Source: an uncultured Gemmatimonadales bacterium (lineage in GTDB: Bacteria > Gemmatimonadota > Gemmatimonadetes > Longimicrobiales > Gaopeijiaceae). From it: 64,000 bases of DNA. The translations under genes were made by a program, and so were the position numbers. The stretch lies in the NCBI GenBank assembly GCA_963809895.1, contig CAWELD010000003.1, positions 992,001-1,056,000 on the forward strand, in the 5' to 3' direction. The notes under the pieces were generated by a model. The model made no database searches, was not told where the DNA came from, and worked only from the letters and a program-made list of their open reading frames with translations. How positions within the stretch are numbered: the first letter of the stretch is position 1; each line of letters opens with the position of its first letter. Below are positions 28,047 through 37,793 of the stretch, one piece after another.

Positions 28047-29862
28047 GTTGGGCTCGAGGGGGGTGAGTCTGCCCGGCATCCAGCCCGGCATAGGGAATCA
28101 GGAGCTCCGAGCGGCGCATGTCCCACGCGGCCGTGGGGCAGCGCTCGGCGCACAGGCCGCAGTGCACACACAGGTCCTCGTCCTTCACCATGACGCGGCC
28201 CGTCTGGCGCAGGTCTTCGGACACGAACAGCGGCTGCTGCAGGTTGTTGGCGGGCACCGTCAGGTCGCGTCGCAGGGCCGATTCCTCGGCCCGGGGCGTC
28301 ATGGTGAGGCAGCTCAGCGGACACACGTCGATGCAGGCGTCACACTCGATGCAAAGGCCTGGCGTGAAATAGGTTTGGATGTCGCAGTTCAGACAGCGCT
28401 CGACCTCCTGGAGCGTCTGCTGGATATCGAAGCCGAGCTCGGCTTCCACGTCCAGGTCCTGGAGGCGCTGCTCCAGGTCGGCCATGCGCATGTTGGCCCG
28501 CTGGGCCTCGTCGTAGGCGTTGGAGTAGGTCCACTCCTTCAGCCCCATCTTCTGGCTGACCAGATTCATGCCGTACGGCGGGCGCTCCGTGAGAGGGCGC
28601 CCCTCGCAGTGCAGATGGATGGAGATGGCCGCCTGATGGCCGTGCTCCACGGCCCAGATGATGTTCTCTGGCCCCCAGGCCGCATCGCCGCCGCAGAAGA
28701 CGTCGGGACGTGAGGTCTGGAAGGTGGTCTTGTCCACCACCGGCATGTCCCACTTGCCGAACTCGATGCCCAGATCGCGCTCGATCCAGGGAAAGGCGTT
28801 GTCCTGGCCGATGGCGAGAATCACGGCATCGCACGGGATCACGACGGTGTCGATGACCTCCTGGTGCAGGGTGCCGTCGTCGTCTTCCCACGAACGGTAG
28901 CGCTCGAACTCCATGCCCGTGAGCACGCCGTCCTCGACCACGTAGCGCGTGGGCGAGTGATCCTCGACGATCTCGATGCCCTCTCCCTCGGCGTCCTCGA
29001 GCTCCCAGGGCGAGGCCTTGAAGTAACCCCGGGGCTTGCGGGCCATGACCTTCACGTCGGTGCCGCCCAGACGCTTGGCCGTGCGGCAGCAGTCCATGGC
29101 CGTGTTGCCCACGCCGATGACCAGCACCCGGGGCTCGATGGAGTCTACGTGGCCGAAGGCCACCGATGCGAGCCAGTCGATGCCGATGTGGACTTGCTCG
29201 GTCTCCCAGCGACCCGGCAGGTCGAGCTCCTTGCCCTTGGGCGCGCCGGTGCCGATGAACACGGCGTCCCAGCCCTCGTCCAGGAGGGATCCCATGCTCT
29301 CCACCGGCGTGTTCAGGCGCAGGTCCAGGCCCATGTCCACGATGAGGCCGATCTCCTCCTCGAGGATCTTCGGCGGCAGGCGGAAGCGCGGGATGTTGCT
29401 CCACATGAGCCCACCGACGCGGTCCACCTTCTCGAAGACCGTGACCTCGTAGCCCAGCGGCAGGAGGTCGTTGGCCACGGTGAGCGAGGCGGGGCCGGCA
29501 CCGATGCACGCGATGCGGCGGCCGTTCTTTTCTTCGGGGATCGCGGGCAGGCGCGCCTTGACCTCGTCGTTGTCCCGGAGGTCGGCCGCCACCCGCTTGA
29601 GGCGACAGATCGCCACCGGCTCGTCCTCCACCCTTCCCCGCCGGCACGCCGGCTCGCAGGGCCGGTCGCACGTCCGTCCGAGGATCGCCGGAAAGACGTT
29701 GGACTCCCGGTTGAGCATGTAGGCGTCGGTGTAGCGGCCCTGGGCGATGAGGCGGATGTAGCCGGGAACGTCGGTGTGGGCGGGACACGCCCATTGGCAG
29801 TCGACGACCCGGTGGAAATACTGCGGATCGGACTGGTCCGTGGGAGGAACAGGTCCAGACAT
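28033..29862 (-). CDS. GltD/NfnB-like FAD-dependent oxidoreductase with C-terminal 2[4Fe-4S] domain
   Basis: 'CQWACP', 'GRTCDRPCE', 'GAGPA', 'GNTAMDC', 'CIECDACIDVCP', 'CVHCGLCAERCP'. Confidence 0.9.
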   Translation of the reverse strand: MSGPVPPTDQSDPQYFHRVVDCQWACPAHTDVPGYIRLIAQGRYTDAYMLNRESNVFPAILGRTCDRPCEPACRRGRVEDEPVAICRLKRVAADLRDNDEVKARLPAIPEEKNGRRIACIGAGPASLTVANDLLPLGYEVTVFEKVDRVGGLMWSNIPRFRLPPKILEEEIGLIVDMGLDLRLNTPVESMGSLLDEGWDAVFIGTGAPKGKELDLPGRWETEQVHIGIDWLASVAFGHVDSIEPRVLVIGVGNTAMDCCRTAKRLGGTDVKVMARKPRGYFKASPWELEDAEGEGIEIVEDHSPTRYVVEDGVLTGMEFERYRSWEDDDGTLHQEVIDTVVIPCDAVILAIGQDNAFPWIERDLGIEFGKWDMPVVDKTTFQTSRPDVFCGGDAAWGPENIIWAVEHGHQAAISIHLHCEGRPLTERPPYGMNLVSQKMGLKEWTYSNAYDEAQRANMRMADLEQRLQDLDVEAELGFDIQQTLQEVERCLNCDIQTYFTPGLCIECDACIDVCPLSCLTMTPRAEESALRRDLTVPANNLQQPLFVSEDLRQTGRVMVKDEDLCVHCGLCAERCPTAAWDMRRSELLIPYAGLDAGQTHPPRAQHART

Positions 29863-29891
29863 GGGCAAGCCGGAGGAGGTGGAAGGAGGGT

Positions 29892-30104
29892 TCAGTGGGC
29901 CCGAGCGTCGAGCTCGTCCGGGGGACGGACCTGGGGATCCACCGAGAAGAGGGGACACATGTTGCCGGTGCAGCGGACGCCGTAGTCGAGGCACACGAGG
30001 GCCTCGGCGTCCTTCGGAGACGGCTTTCTACCGCGCTCGACAGGTGCCCGCAAAACCACCGGAACATTGCGGTCGCACGCGGAGCAGTAGCCCAGGCGAG
30101 CCAT
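29892..30104 (-). CDS. Small Cys-rich hypothetical protein
   Basis: 70 aa, 'YCSACD...CLD...CTG.MCP'; GGAGG RBS upstream; co-oriented with the OFOR operon. Confidence 0.6.
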   Translation of the reverse strand: MARLGYCSACDRNVPVVLRAPVERGRKPSPKDAEALVCLDYGVRCTGNMCPLFSVDPQVRPPDELDARAH

Positions 30105-30328
30105 GGCTACCTCCCACGAAGAGAGTTGTGGCGCCCGCTCTCGGGCGCTCTCTGGCGACTCTATATGAAGCGGGTCCAGACCCGCGTCGTTTCCGATGCT
30201 CGGAGATGACCGAATCTAGGTTGAAGGCGGCGGTGTGGGAAAGGACCCGGGGGGAGGCTTGCGCATCCGTCGCGAGTGGGCGCATGCTGCCCGACGGGTT
30301 CATTTACAGGCGTAGAAGGGAGGCCGTT

Positions 30329-31564
30329 ATGAGGGCGATGACCTCGAGGACCACGGGGATCGTAGCCGTGGTGTCGCTCGTCGCGTGCGGGGGACCCCGC
30401 ACCGGTGACGAAGCGACGGAGCAGGTGCAGACCGAGCAGCACGGAGACACCACCATCGTCCGCACCATGGCCGGAAGCCGGTGGGACGCCCCCCGGCAAC
30501 TGGTGATCGACCTCGAGATCGGGACCCTGGACGGCCCGGAGGAGACCATGTTCGGGCGCGTAGGCGCCCTGGCGGTGGATGGCTCCGGGGGCGTGTACGT
30601 CTACGACGGTCAGGCGCCGGCGATCCGCTACTTCGACGCTCAGGGCGATTTCGTGCGGCAGGTGGGCGGCGAAGGCGAGGGCCCCGGCGAGTACAAGGAC
30701 GCGGTCCTGGGGATGGCAGTCCGCAGCGACGGACGCCTGGAGATCCGGGACGCGCGCAACGGGCGGGTGACGCTCTACGACCCCGACGGCTCCTTCTCCG
30801 ACCAGTGGCTCGTGGCCAGCGGCCTCTTCACGAGCCAGGCCATGTTCGTGGACCGTCACGACCACACCTACCTCAAGATCCTGCAGGAGCAGCCCAGGCA
30901 GGGAGAAAACTGGAAGATCGGACTCCTGCACTACGACCCCGACGGCAACCTCGTGGATACGGTGCCCGACCCCTGGGTGCCGGATCCGCCTCCGGCGAAC
31001 GGAGGTTCGCTCTCTCCCTCGAAGCAGTGGACCATGGGGCCCGACGGATCCATCATCGTCGGCGTCAACTCCAGCTATTCCTTCGAGGTCCGGCAGCCCG
31101 ATGGTACGGTGCTCCGCGTGGAGCGATCGGTCCCCCTCCAGCCGGTGAGCGACGCCGAGCACGCGGCGTACGAGGAGCTGCGAGAGTACCTCATCCGGGA
31201 GCAGGGCCAGTTCATGACGACTCTGCCCGGCCCCACGGCCCACACCAAGCCCGCCTACCGGGGCCTCTTCCCCGGCGAGGACGGCACCGTGTGGGTCCGG
31301 CTCTACGGCCCCGTCCATCCCAAGCCCGACTACGTGCCTGCGGAGGAGGGCGAGAGACCCGTGTGGCCGTTCATCGAGGAGAGCCGCTTCGACGTCTTCG
31401 CCAGCGACGGCTCGTATCTGGGCGAGGTCCGCGTGCCGGCGGGTGTCAGCATCGCGGTGTTCGGTCTGGACGACCTGTGGGGCACCCGCCGGGGAGATCT
31501 CAGCGAGAGCTACGTCGTGCGCATGCACCTGGAGCCGCTGACGACAGTGGCGGACGAGGGGTAG
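30329..31564 (+). CDS. 6-bladed beta-propeller (NHL-like) lipoprotein
   Basis: Lipobox LVAC; 'GGEGEGPGE', 'FDVFASDGSYLGEV'; GGGAGG RBS. Confidence 0.8.
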   Translation: MRAMTSRTTGIVAVVSLVACGGPRTGDEATEQVQTEQHGDTTIVRTMAGSRWDAPRQLVIDLEIGTLDGPEETMFGRVGALAVDGSGGVYVYDGQAPAIRYFDAQGDFVRQVGGEGEGPGEYKDAVLGMAVRSDGRLEIRDARNGRVTLYDPDGSFSDQWLVASGLFTSQAMFVDRHDHTYLKILQEQPRQGENWKIGLLHYDPDGNLVDTVPDPWVPDPPPANGGSLSPSKQWTMGPDGSIIVGVNSSYSFEVRQPDGTVLRVERSVPLQPVSDAEHAAYEELREYLIREQGQFMTTLPGPTAHTKPAYRGLFPGEDGTVWVRLYGPVHPKPDYVPAEEGERPVWPFIEESRFDVFASDGSYLGEVRVPAGVSIAVFGLDDLWGTRRGDLSESYVVRMHLEPLTTVADEG

Positions 31565-31666
31565 CGGCGGCCGCCCGGCCCCACGCCGGCGGCATGGCGT
31601 CGCCCGCCGCCATGGCGCCCAGGAGGTCGCCCGCCTCCGGCGGCTGATGGCGATGTCGCTACGGTT

Positions 31667-31817
31667 CCACTGGAGCCCCCTTCAGCGGCGATTGGCCAAT
31701 TCAACTCGCTCAGCGAGTCAACGTCGACAAAGGGCGCCGGATGCCAGCCTCGAATGGACGATTCAACTCGCTCAGCGAGTTCTATCGACCAACCGTTCCA
31801 AAACCACGCTCCAGTGG
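31667..31817. repeat. Composite repeat: 10-bp terminal inverted repeats enclosing two identical 20-bp palindromic repeats
   Basis: CCACTGGAGC (31667) / GCTCCAGTGG (31808); ATTCAACTCGCTCAGCGAGT at 31699-31718 and 31761-31780. Confidence 0.7.
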
Positions 31818-32255
31818 TAGGGTTTGACTCGGTGTCTCTCCCCGGCGCGCGGTTCACCCGCTCACGAGGACACAGATGGTCGCTGAGGCCGGAGTTCCCC
31901 GGTGCGGAGTAAGACCGGCGAGCCCTTCACCTTCAGGGTCTCGCCGCTACAGCCCGACGAAGTACGCGTCGTCGACTGGGTGATCGCTGACGCCGGACGT
32001 TTCAGGTGAAACGCGCGGATCGGACGAGGGGATGTCGTGATGGGCGTGGAGCGGCGACTCGTCGTTGGGACGGGGTGATGCGCGGCTGACGATCGCAGCT
32101 GCCGAGGGGGTGGCGTCCCGATCTCGGGACGGCCCGTGTGGGAAGAATCCCCACAGTGCACCACTCGGGTTACCCGACAGGGTCGAGGTTGTCGACAGAG
32201 AGAAACCCCATATACTCATGATGAACACCTAATTCATCCGACGGAGGGGCAGGAC

Positions 32256-32699
32256 ATGAACCTGGCAACGCGAGCACTCACGGTGGGGGCCCTGCTGTCG
32301 CTGAGCGCGCTGGCGGCGTGCGGCGGTGAGCAGAGCAACGCGGAGGGGGGCGGCACCACCGCCGGTGCCGCGACGGGGGCTGCGCAATCGGTCGAGATCA
32401 CGCCCGCGGCGCGTGAGGAAGCCCAGAACATCTTCTCGACCCGATGCGCGGTCTGCCACGGCGCGGAGGGTCGTGGGGACGGCCCGGGCGGCGCCGGTCT
32501 CGACCCGAAACCGCGCAATTATCACGACCAGGCCTGGCAGGACAGCGTCCCGGACGAGGAGATCGAGAGAGCGATCATCTACGGCGGTGCCGCCGTGGGC
32601 CGAAGCCCCGCCATGGTGGGCAACCCCGACCTGGCGAGCAAGCCGGCGGTCGTGGCGGCGCTGAGGGAGATCATCCGGAACTTCGGGAAGCAGAAGTAG
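32256..32699 (+). CDS. Monoheme cytochrome c lipoprotein (nos-associated electron donor)
   Basis: Lipobox LAAC; 'CAVCHG' CxxCH; distal Met in 'SPAM'. Confidence 0.88.
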   Translation: MNLATRALTVGALLSLSALAACGGEQSNAEGGGTTAGAATGAAQSVEITPAAREEAQNIFSTRCAVCHGAEGRGDGPGGAGLDPKPRNYHDQAWQDSVPDEEIERAIIYGGAAVGRSPAMVGNPDLASKPAVVAALREIIRNFGKQK

Positions 32700-32739
32700 C
32701 GTCGCGGCTGCGGCGAACCAACACACCAAGGAGAGACCC

Positions 32740-34704
32740 ATGATCGGGAATCACTGGACGAGCCGGACGGCCCGTCGGCTCCTGGCGGCGGCCGCGGCGG
32801 CGATGCTGGCCGCGTGCACCGGGCAGGGCGGCGACGGAGCCGGCGGTGCCTCGGTTCAAGACCTCATGAGGACCCGGAACCTCAGCGAAGCCGACGTCGT
32901 GGCGGCGCTCAAGACGTACACGCCGACCGGTCGCACCGACCCCTTCGTGATGTTCGCCTCGGGCGGCCACAGCGGTCAGGTGCTGGTGATCGGCGTCCCC
33001 TCGATGCGGATCCTCAAGTACATCGGCGTCTTCACGCCCGAGCCCTGGCAAGGCTACGGCTTCGACGACCAGACCCGGGAGCTCATGACCGCGAGCTCGC
33101 CGGCGGGCAAGTCCCTCACCTGGGGCGACAGCCACCATCCGGCGCTCAGCGAGACCAACGGCGACTACGACGGGCAGTTCCTCTTCATCAACGACAAGGC
33201 GAACGCCCGCATCGCGGTCGTCAGCCTGAAGGACTTCGTGACCACGCAGATCGTGCACTCACCGATCCTGGGCACGGACCACGGCGGCAGCTTCGTCACG
33301 CCCAACACCGAATACGTCATCGAGGGTGGGCAGTACCCGGTGCCGCTCGACGGCAGCTATCAACCCATCTCGAGCTTCGACGACACGTACCGCGGAGCGG
33401 TCATGTTCTGGAAGTTCGACCGCGACAGCGGCCGTATCGACCCTTCGCAGTCCTTTGCCCTGGAGCTGCCGCCCTACATGCAGGACCTCTCCGACGCGGG
33501 CAAGCTCGTGAGTGACGGCTGGGCGTTCATCAACTCGTTCGACACCGAGCGCGCGCACGGTGGCAACGCGGAGGGTCAGCCCCCGCTCGAGTCGGGCGCG
33601 TCGCAGAACGACATGGACTACCTGCACGTCATCAACTGGCGAAAGGCCGCCGACGTGGCCACCGAGCCCGGGAAGACGCGCACGATCCGCGGCGTGCGGG
33701 TGATCCCGCTCTCCACGGCGGTCGACGAGGGCCTGCTCTACTTCGTGCCCGAGCCCAAGAGCCCGCACGGTGTCGACGTGACCCCGGACGGACAGTACAT
33801 GGCCATCTCGGGCAAGCTCGACACGCACGAGACGGTCTACTCGTGGGCCAAGATCAAGCAGGCGATCGACGACGGCGACTTCGAGGGCAACGACCCCTAC
33901 GGCGTGCCGATCATCGGCTTCCAGACCGCGCTGCACGGCCAGGTCGAGCTCGGCCTGGGACCGCTCCACACCCAGTGGGACGACCAGGGCAACGGCTACA
34001 CGTCGCTCTTCATCGAGTCGAAGATCGCGAAGTGGTCGCTGCAGGACATGGCGCTCGTGGAGAAGATCCCGGTGCACTACAACATCGGCCACCTCGCCAC
34101 GCCCGAAGGCGACACCCAGCACCCGAAGGGCCAGTACGTGATCGCGCTCGACAAATGGTCGATCGACCGCTTCAACAACGTCGGGCCGCTCATGCCGCAG
34201 AACATGCAGCTAATCGACGCCAGCACATCGCCGATGCAAATGCTGTACGACCTGCCCATCGGCCTGGGTGAGCCGCACTACGCGCAGATCATCAGCGCGG
34301 ACAAGCTCGATCCCCAGCAGATGTACAGCCCGGTCGGCGAGAACCAGGTCACGCACCAGCACGACCCCAACGCCGTGACGTCCGAAGCGGACGCTCGGGT
34401 GGAGCGCCACGGGCGCTCGGTGGACGTCTACATGACGGCGGTGCGCAGCCACTTCACGCCGGACCGCGTGGAGGTGAACCGGGGCGACACGGTGCACTTC
34501 CATCTGACCAACCTCGAGCAGACGCCGGACGCCACGCACGGGTTCGGCCTGGGCGAGTACGACGTGAACCTGAGCCTCGAGCCCGGGAAGACCGCCGACG
34601 TCACGATCGTGGCCGACAAGACCGGTGTCTTCCCCTACTACTGCACCGAGTTCTGCTCGGCGCTGCACCTCGAGATGATGGGCTACATGCTCGTCAAGCC
34701 ATGA
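32740..34704 (+). CDS. nosZ: Nitrous-oxide reductase, clade II (Sec/lipoprotein type)
   Basis: CuZ His motifs DSHH, DHG, PHG, LHT, GHL, EPH; CuA 'CTEFCSALHLEM'; 'GVPSMRILKYI'. Confidence 0.97.
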   Translation: MIGNHWTSRTARRLLAAAAAAMLAACTGQGGDGAGGASVQDLMRTRNLSEADVVAALKTYTPTGRTDPFVMFASGGHSGQVLVIGVPSMRILKYIGVFTPEPWQGYGFDDQTRELMTASSPAGKSLTWGDSHHPALSETNGDYDGQFLFINDKANARIAVVSLKDFVTTQIVHSPILGTDHGGSFVTPNTEYVIEGGQYPVPLDGSYQPISSFDDTYRGAVMFWKFDRDSGRIDPSQSFALELPPYMQDLSDAGKLVSDGWAFINSFDTERAHGGNAEGQPPLESGASQNDMDYLHVINWRKAADVATEPGKTRTIRGVRVIPLSTAVDEGLLYFVPEPKSPHGVDVTPDGQYMAISGKLDTHETVYSWAKIKQAIDDGDFEGNDPYGVPIIGFQTALHGQVELGLGPLHTQWDDQGNGYTSLFIESKIAKWSLQDMALVEKIPVHYNIGHLATPEGDTQHPKGQYVIALDKWSIDRFNNVGPLMPQNMQLIDASTSPMQMLYDLPIGLGEPHYAQIISADKLDPQQMYSPVGENQVTHQHDPNAVTSEADARVERHGRSVDVYMTAVRSHFTPDRVEVNRGDTVHFHLTNLEQTPDATHGFGLGEYDVNLSLEPGKTADVTIVADKTGVFPYYCTEFCSALHLEMMGYMLVKP

Positions 34705-36053
34705 CCACCGCCGTGCCGAGAAGCCACAGGATCGCCAGGATCGGCGTGGCCCTCGCGGTCGCGTGTGTGCTGATCGCGGCACGGCGAACCGGTACGTCTC
34801 CGGCGGCGCCCGACCGGTCTCCGGTCGCGGCGCCTGCCGGCGGCCATGAAGCGGCCTGCCCTGCCGACGGCGTGCGGGTCCCGGCCGACACCCCCCTTCA
34901 ACCCCTCGTCGACTCCACGGCGGCCGGCACGGTGCTCTGCCTCGCGCCCGGCCACTACGAGGGCCCCCTCGAGATCCACAGGTCCCTCACGCTGCAGGGT
35001 CCGGCGACGGCGGTACTCGCCTCCGACGGCCAGGGCACCACGCTCCGCCTGCTGGCCGACAGCGCGGCGATCGAGGGATTCACGGTGGAAGGAAGCGGAC
35101 GGCGCTACGACAAGATGGACGCGGCCGTCTACCTGAAGGGACGAGCCCTCACGGTCCGGAACCTCACGGTGCGGGACGCATTGTTCGGCATCGTGGTCGA
35201 GCAATCGGAAGGCGTGACCATCGCCGCCAACCAGGTGTTCGGCCTGGCGGATCTGCCGGTGGGCGTGCGCGGAGACGGCATCCGCCTCTGGGAGGTGCGC
35301 CACTCCCTGATCGTCGGGAACCACCTGGAGGACTCGAGAGACATCCTGGTGTGGTACTCGCCGGGCAACCGGATCACCCACAACACGGTGGTCGGCAGCC
35401 GGTACGCCACCCACTTCATGTACTCGGACGACTGCGTGGTGGACAGCGCCGACTACCGGCAGAACATCGTGGGCGTGTTCGTGATGTACTCGCGCGGTGT
35501 CACCCTCGTCGGCAACACCATCGCGGACAACGCCGTGGCCGACGGCATGGGGCTGGGCGTGAAGGAATCCGGCAATCTGACGGTGGTGGACAACCGCTTC
35601 GTCCACGACCACGACTGCCTCTACCTCGATACCTCCCCGTTCCGTAAGGGCGACACCGTGCTGGTGCACGGCAACACCTTCGCGCGCTGCGACGCGGCCG
35701 TGACGTTCCACTCGAGCGAGCGGCACAACACCTTCACGGACAACGCCTTCCAGGACAACCAGATCCACGTGGCCGTGGAGGGCCGCGGCACGGCGCGCGA
35801 CGTGGTCTGGGAGGGCAACTACTTCGACGACTACCAGGGCTACGACCTGGACGGTGACGGGCGGGGTGACGTGGCCTACGAGCTACGCAGCCTCTCCGAG
35901 CAGCTCGTACAGGGCCATCCCCGCCTGGCGTTCTTCAGGGGGACCATCGCGCTCGCGTTGCTCGACGTGGCCGCGCGCGTGTTCCCCCTGCTTCAGCCCG
36001 AGACCCTTCTGGTGGACCCACAGCCTCGCATGGCCCCTCCGGGTGCCGTGTGA
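34701..36053 (+). CDS. nosD: Nitrous-oxide reductase maturation protein NosD
   Basis: Beta-helix; 'RGDGIRLW', 'RYATHFMYS', 'GNYFDDYQGYDLDGDG'. Confidence 0.93.
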   Translation: MTTAVPRSHRIARIGVALAVACVLIAARRTGTSPAAPDRSPVAAPAGGHEAACPADGVRVPADTPLQPLVDSTAAGTVLCLAPGHYEGPLEIHRSLTLQGPATAVLASDGQGTTLRLLADSAAIEGFTVEGSGRRYDKMDAAVYLKGRALTVRNLTVRDALFGIVVEQSEGVTIAANQVFGLADLPVGVRGDGIRLWEVRHSLIVGNHLEDSRDILVWYSPGNRITHNTVVGSRYATHFMYSDDCVVDSADYRQNIVGVFVMYSRGVTLVGNTIADNAVADGMGLGVKESGNLTVVDNRFVHDHDCLYLDTSPFRKGDTVLVHGNTFARCDAAVTFHSSERHNTFTDNAFQDNQIHVAVEGRGTARDVVWEGNYFDDYQGYDLDGDGRGDVAYELRSLSEQLVQGHPRLAFFRGTIALALLDVAARVFPLLQPETLLVDPQPRMAPPGAV

Positions 36054-36072
36054 GCGGAGGCGAGAGAGGACG

Positions 36073-36834
36073 ATGCGCGTAGAGCTGCGTGACGTGACCA
36101 AGCGCTTCGGGGGTGTGCGGGCGCTCGAGTCGGTCTCCCTGGACGTCGCCGCGGGCGACCGCGTCGCCCTGGTCGGCCCGAACGGGTCGGGCAAGTCGAC
36201 GCTCGTGCGCGCCATCATGGGCATCGTACACTGCGAGGGCACCGTTCGACTGGACGGGCTCGATCCCTTCGAGCACCGCACCCGACTCGCCGCGCGCCTC
36301 GCCTACGTGCCGCAGATCGCCCCGCAGCTCGGCGCCACCGTGGGTGAGGTGGCCCGGGCCGTGGCGACACTGCGCGGCCTCGACCCGGCCGACATCCGAA
36401 GCACGGCCGCGGAGATCGATCTGGACCTGGATGCGCTCGGGCGGAGGCCGGTCCGCACGCTCTCCGGGGGAATGAAGCAGAAGCTGCTCATCAGCCTGGC
36501 GTTCGCGGCTCCAGTGTCCCTGCTGATCCTGGACGAGCCCACGGCCAGTCTGGACAAACAGGCCCGGGAGGCGTTCTTCCGGCTCTTCGAGGAACGCGCC
36601 GAGGGCGCCACCCTCCTGCTCTGTTCGCACCGGCTCGACGAGGTGCGTCGGCTGGTGGGCCGCGTGGCCGCCGTCGAAGACGGACGCCTGGTGCTGGACG
36701 CATCGGTGTCGGCGCCGGAAGTGGCCGAACGGCTCCACCACGGAGCGTGGTGGCAGGAGGTGCGCGACGTGGCCCGCCGGGAGAAGCCGAGGTTCCCCGA
36801 CGAGCGGGCGCTGGCCGCCGGAGGGTACGCGTGA
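36073..36834 (+). CDS. nosF: ABC transporter ATPase NosF
   Basis: 'GPNGSGKST', 'LSGGMKQK', 'LDEPT'; position in nos operon. Confidence 0.88.
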   Translation: MRVELRDVTKRFGGVRALESVSLDVAAGDRVALVGPNGSGKSTLVRAIMGIVHCEGTVRLDGLDPFEHRTRLAARLAYVPQIAPQLGATVGEVARAVATLRGLDPADIRSTAAEIDLDLDALGRRPVRTLSGGMKQKLLISLAFAAPVSLLILDEPTASLDKQAREAFFRLFEERAEGATLLLCSHRLDEVRRLVGRVAAVEDGRLVLDASVSAPEVAERLHHGAWWQEVRDVARREKPRFPDERALAAGGYA

Positions 36835-37727
36835 GCGCCCGGACGGCGGCGGCCGGGACACCGCTGGATGGCGCGGCCGTGCCGATTCCCGAGCGCTGGC
36901 AGCGCCTGGCCGCACTGGCTCGCCTCGAGCTCGGCGAGGTGCTGCGCTCGCGGTGGCTCCTGTTCTGCGCGGGGCTGTACGCCGCGCTCGCGGCGCTCTT
37001 CATCGTGGTCGGGCTGCGCGAGTCCGGCGTGATGGGCTTCACGGGCATGTCGCGCGTGCTGCTCTCGCTCAGCCATGCGCTGGTGGTCCTCCTGCCCCTG
37101 CTGGCGCTGACCGGGACCGGGCAGGTGGTGAGTCGGGCGCGTCGGGACGGCACCCTGGAGCTTCTGTTCAGCCAGCCGGTCACGCGCGCGGACTACTTCG
37201 GCGCGGTCACCATGGTGCGCTACGGCGCCCTCTTCGTGCCGCTGCTCGTGCTGATGCCCACCCTGGCCGTCGTCGGATCGCTCGTGTTCGGGCAACCGGT
37301 GCCCTGGGCCTTCCTGGCCCGCGCGCTCACGGTCAGCGCCGCCCTGCTCTGGAGCTTCACGGGCATCGGGCTCGCCATCTCCACCCGGGTGAGCGAGCCC
37401 GATCGCGCCATGATGTACCTGCTCCTCGCATGGGTGCTGGGCGTGGCCCTGCTCGATTTCGGGCTCGTGGGGCTGATGCTGCAGTGGGACCTGCCGGCTG
37501 CCGCCGTGTTCGCGCTGGCCGGCCTCAACCCGGTGGAGATGGCCCGCCTGGCGCTGCTCTCGGGGGCCGAACCCTCGCTCGGTACGCTGGGACCGGTAGG
37601 ATTCTGGATGTCTGGCCGCCTCGGTTCAGCATGGCTCTTCGCGGCCGGTGTGCTCTGGCCGCTGCTGGTCGGCTCGGGCGCATGGTGGATGGCCCGGCGG
37701 CGGCTGTCGACGGGCGATCTGGTGTGA
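36831..37727 (+). CDS. nosY: ABC transporter permease NosY
   Basis: Multi-TM; 'LELLFSQPVTR', 'LNPVEMAR'. Confidence 0.85.
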   Translation: MSARTAAAGTPLDGAAVPIPERWQRLAALARLELGEVLRSRWLLFCAGLYAALAALFIVVGLRESGVMGFTGMSRVLLSLSHALVVLLPLLALTGTGQVVSRARRDGTLELLFSQPVTRADYFGAVTMVRYGALFVPLLVLMPTLAVVGSLVFGQPVPWAFLARALTVSAALLWSFTGIGLAISTRVSEPDRAMMYLLLAWVLGVALLDFGLVGLMLQWDLPAAAVFALAGLNPVEMARLALLSGAEPSLGTLGPVGFWMSGRLGSAWLFAAGVLWPLLVGSGAWWMARRRLSTGDLV

Positions 37728-37793
37728 CGACGAAGACCTGGACGGATGCGGCGAACGACGGGCCTCGATACGGGCCCATGGAGGGATAGAACG

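Noticed and set aside
20781..28713. Long antisense ORFs (e.g. 20781-23162 -, 26211-28193 +, and similar ones throughout such as 12789-14585 + and 51791-54133 +)
   Set aside because: Shadow ORFs opposite well-supported genes, expected from stop-codon scarcity in high-GC DNA; no recognisable motifs
31699..31830. CRISPR array
   Set aside because: Only two clear 20-bp repeats with one 42-bp spacer, no leader and no cas genes in the window
31862..32228. Small ORFs on the minus strand upstream of the nos operon
   Set aside because: No motif or RBS support, and they overlap the probable nos promoter region
32740..32820. Tat signal on NosZ ('TARRLL')
   Set aside because: Lacks the RRxFLK consensus; a lipobox (LAAC) and clade II sequence features point to Sec export
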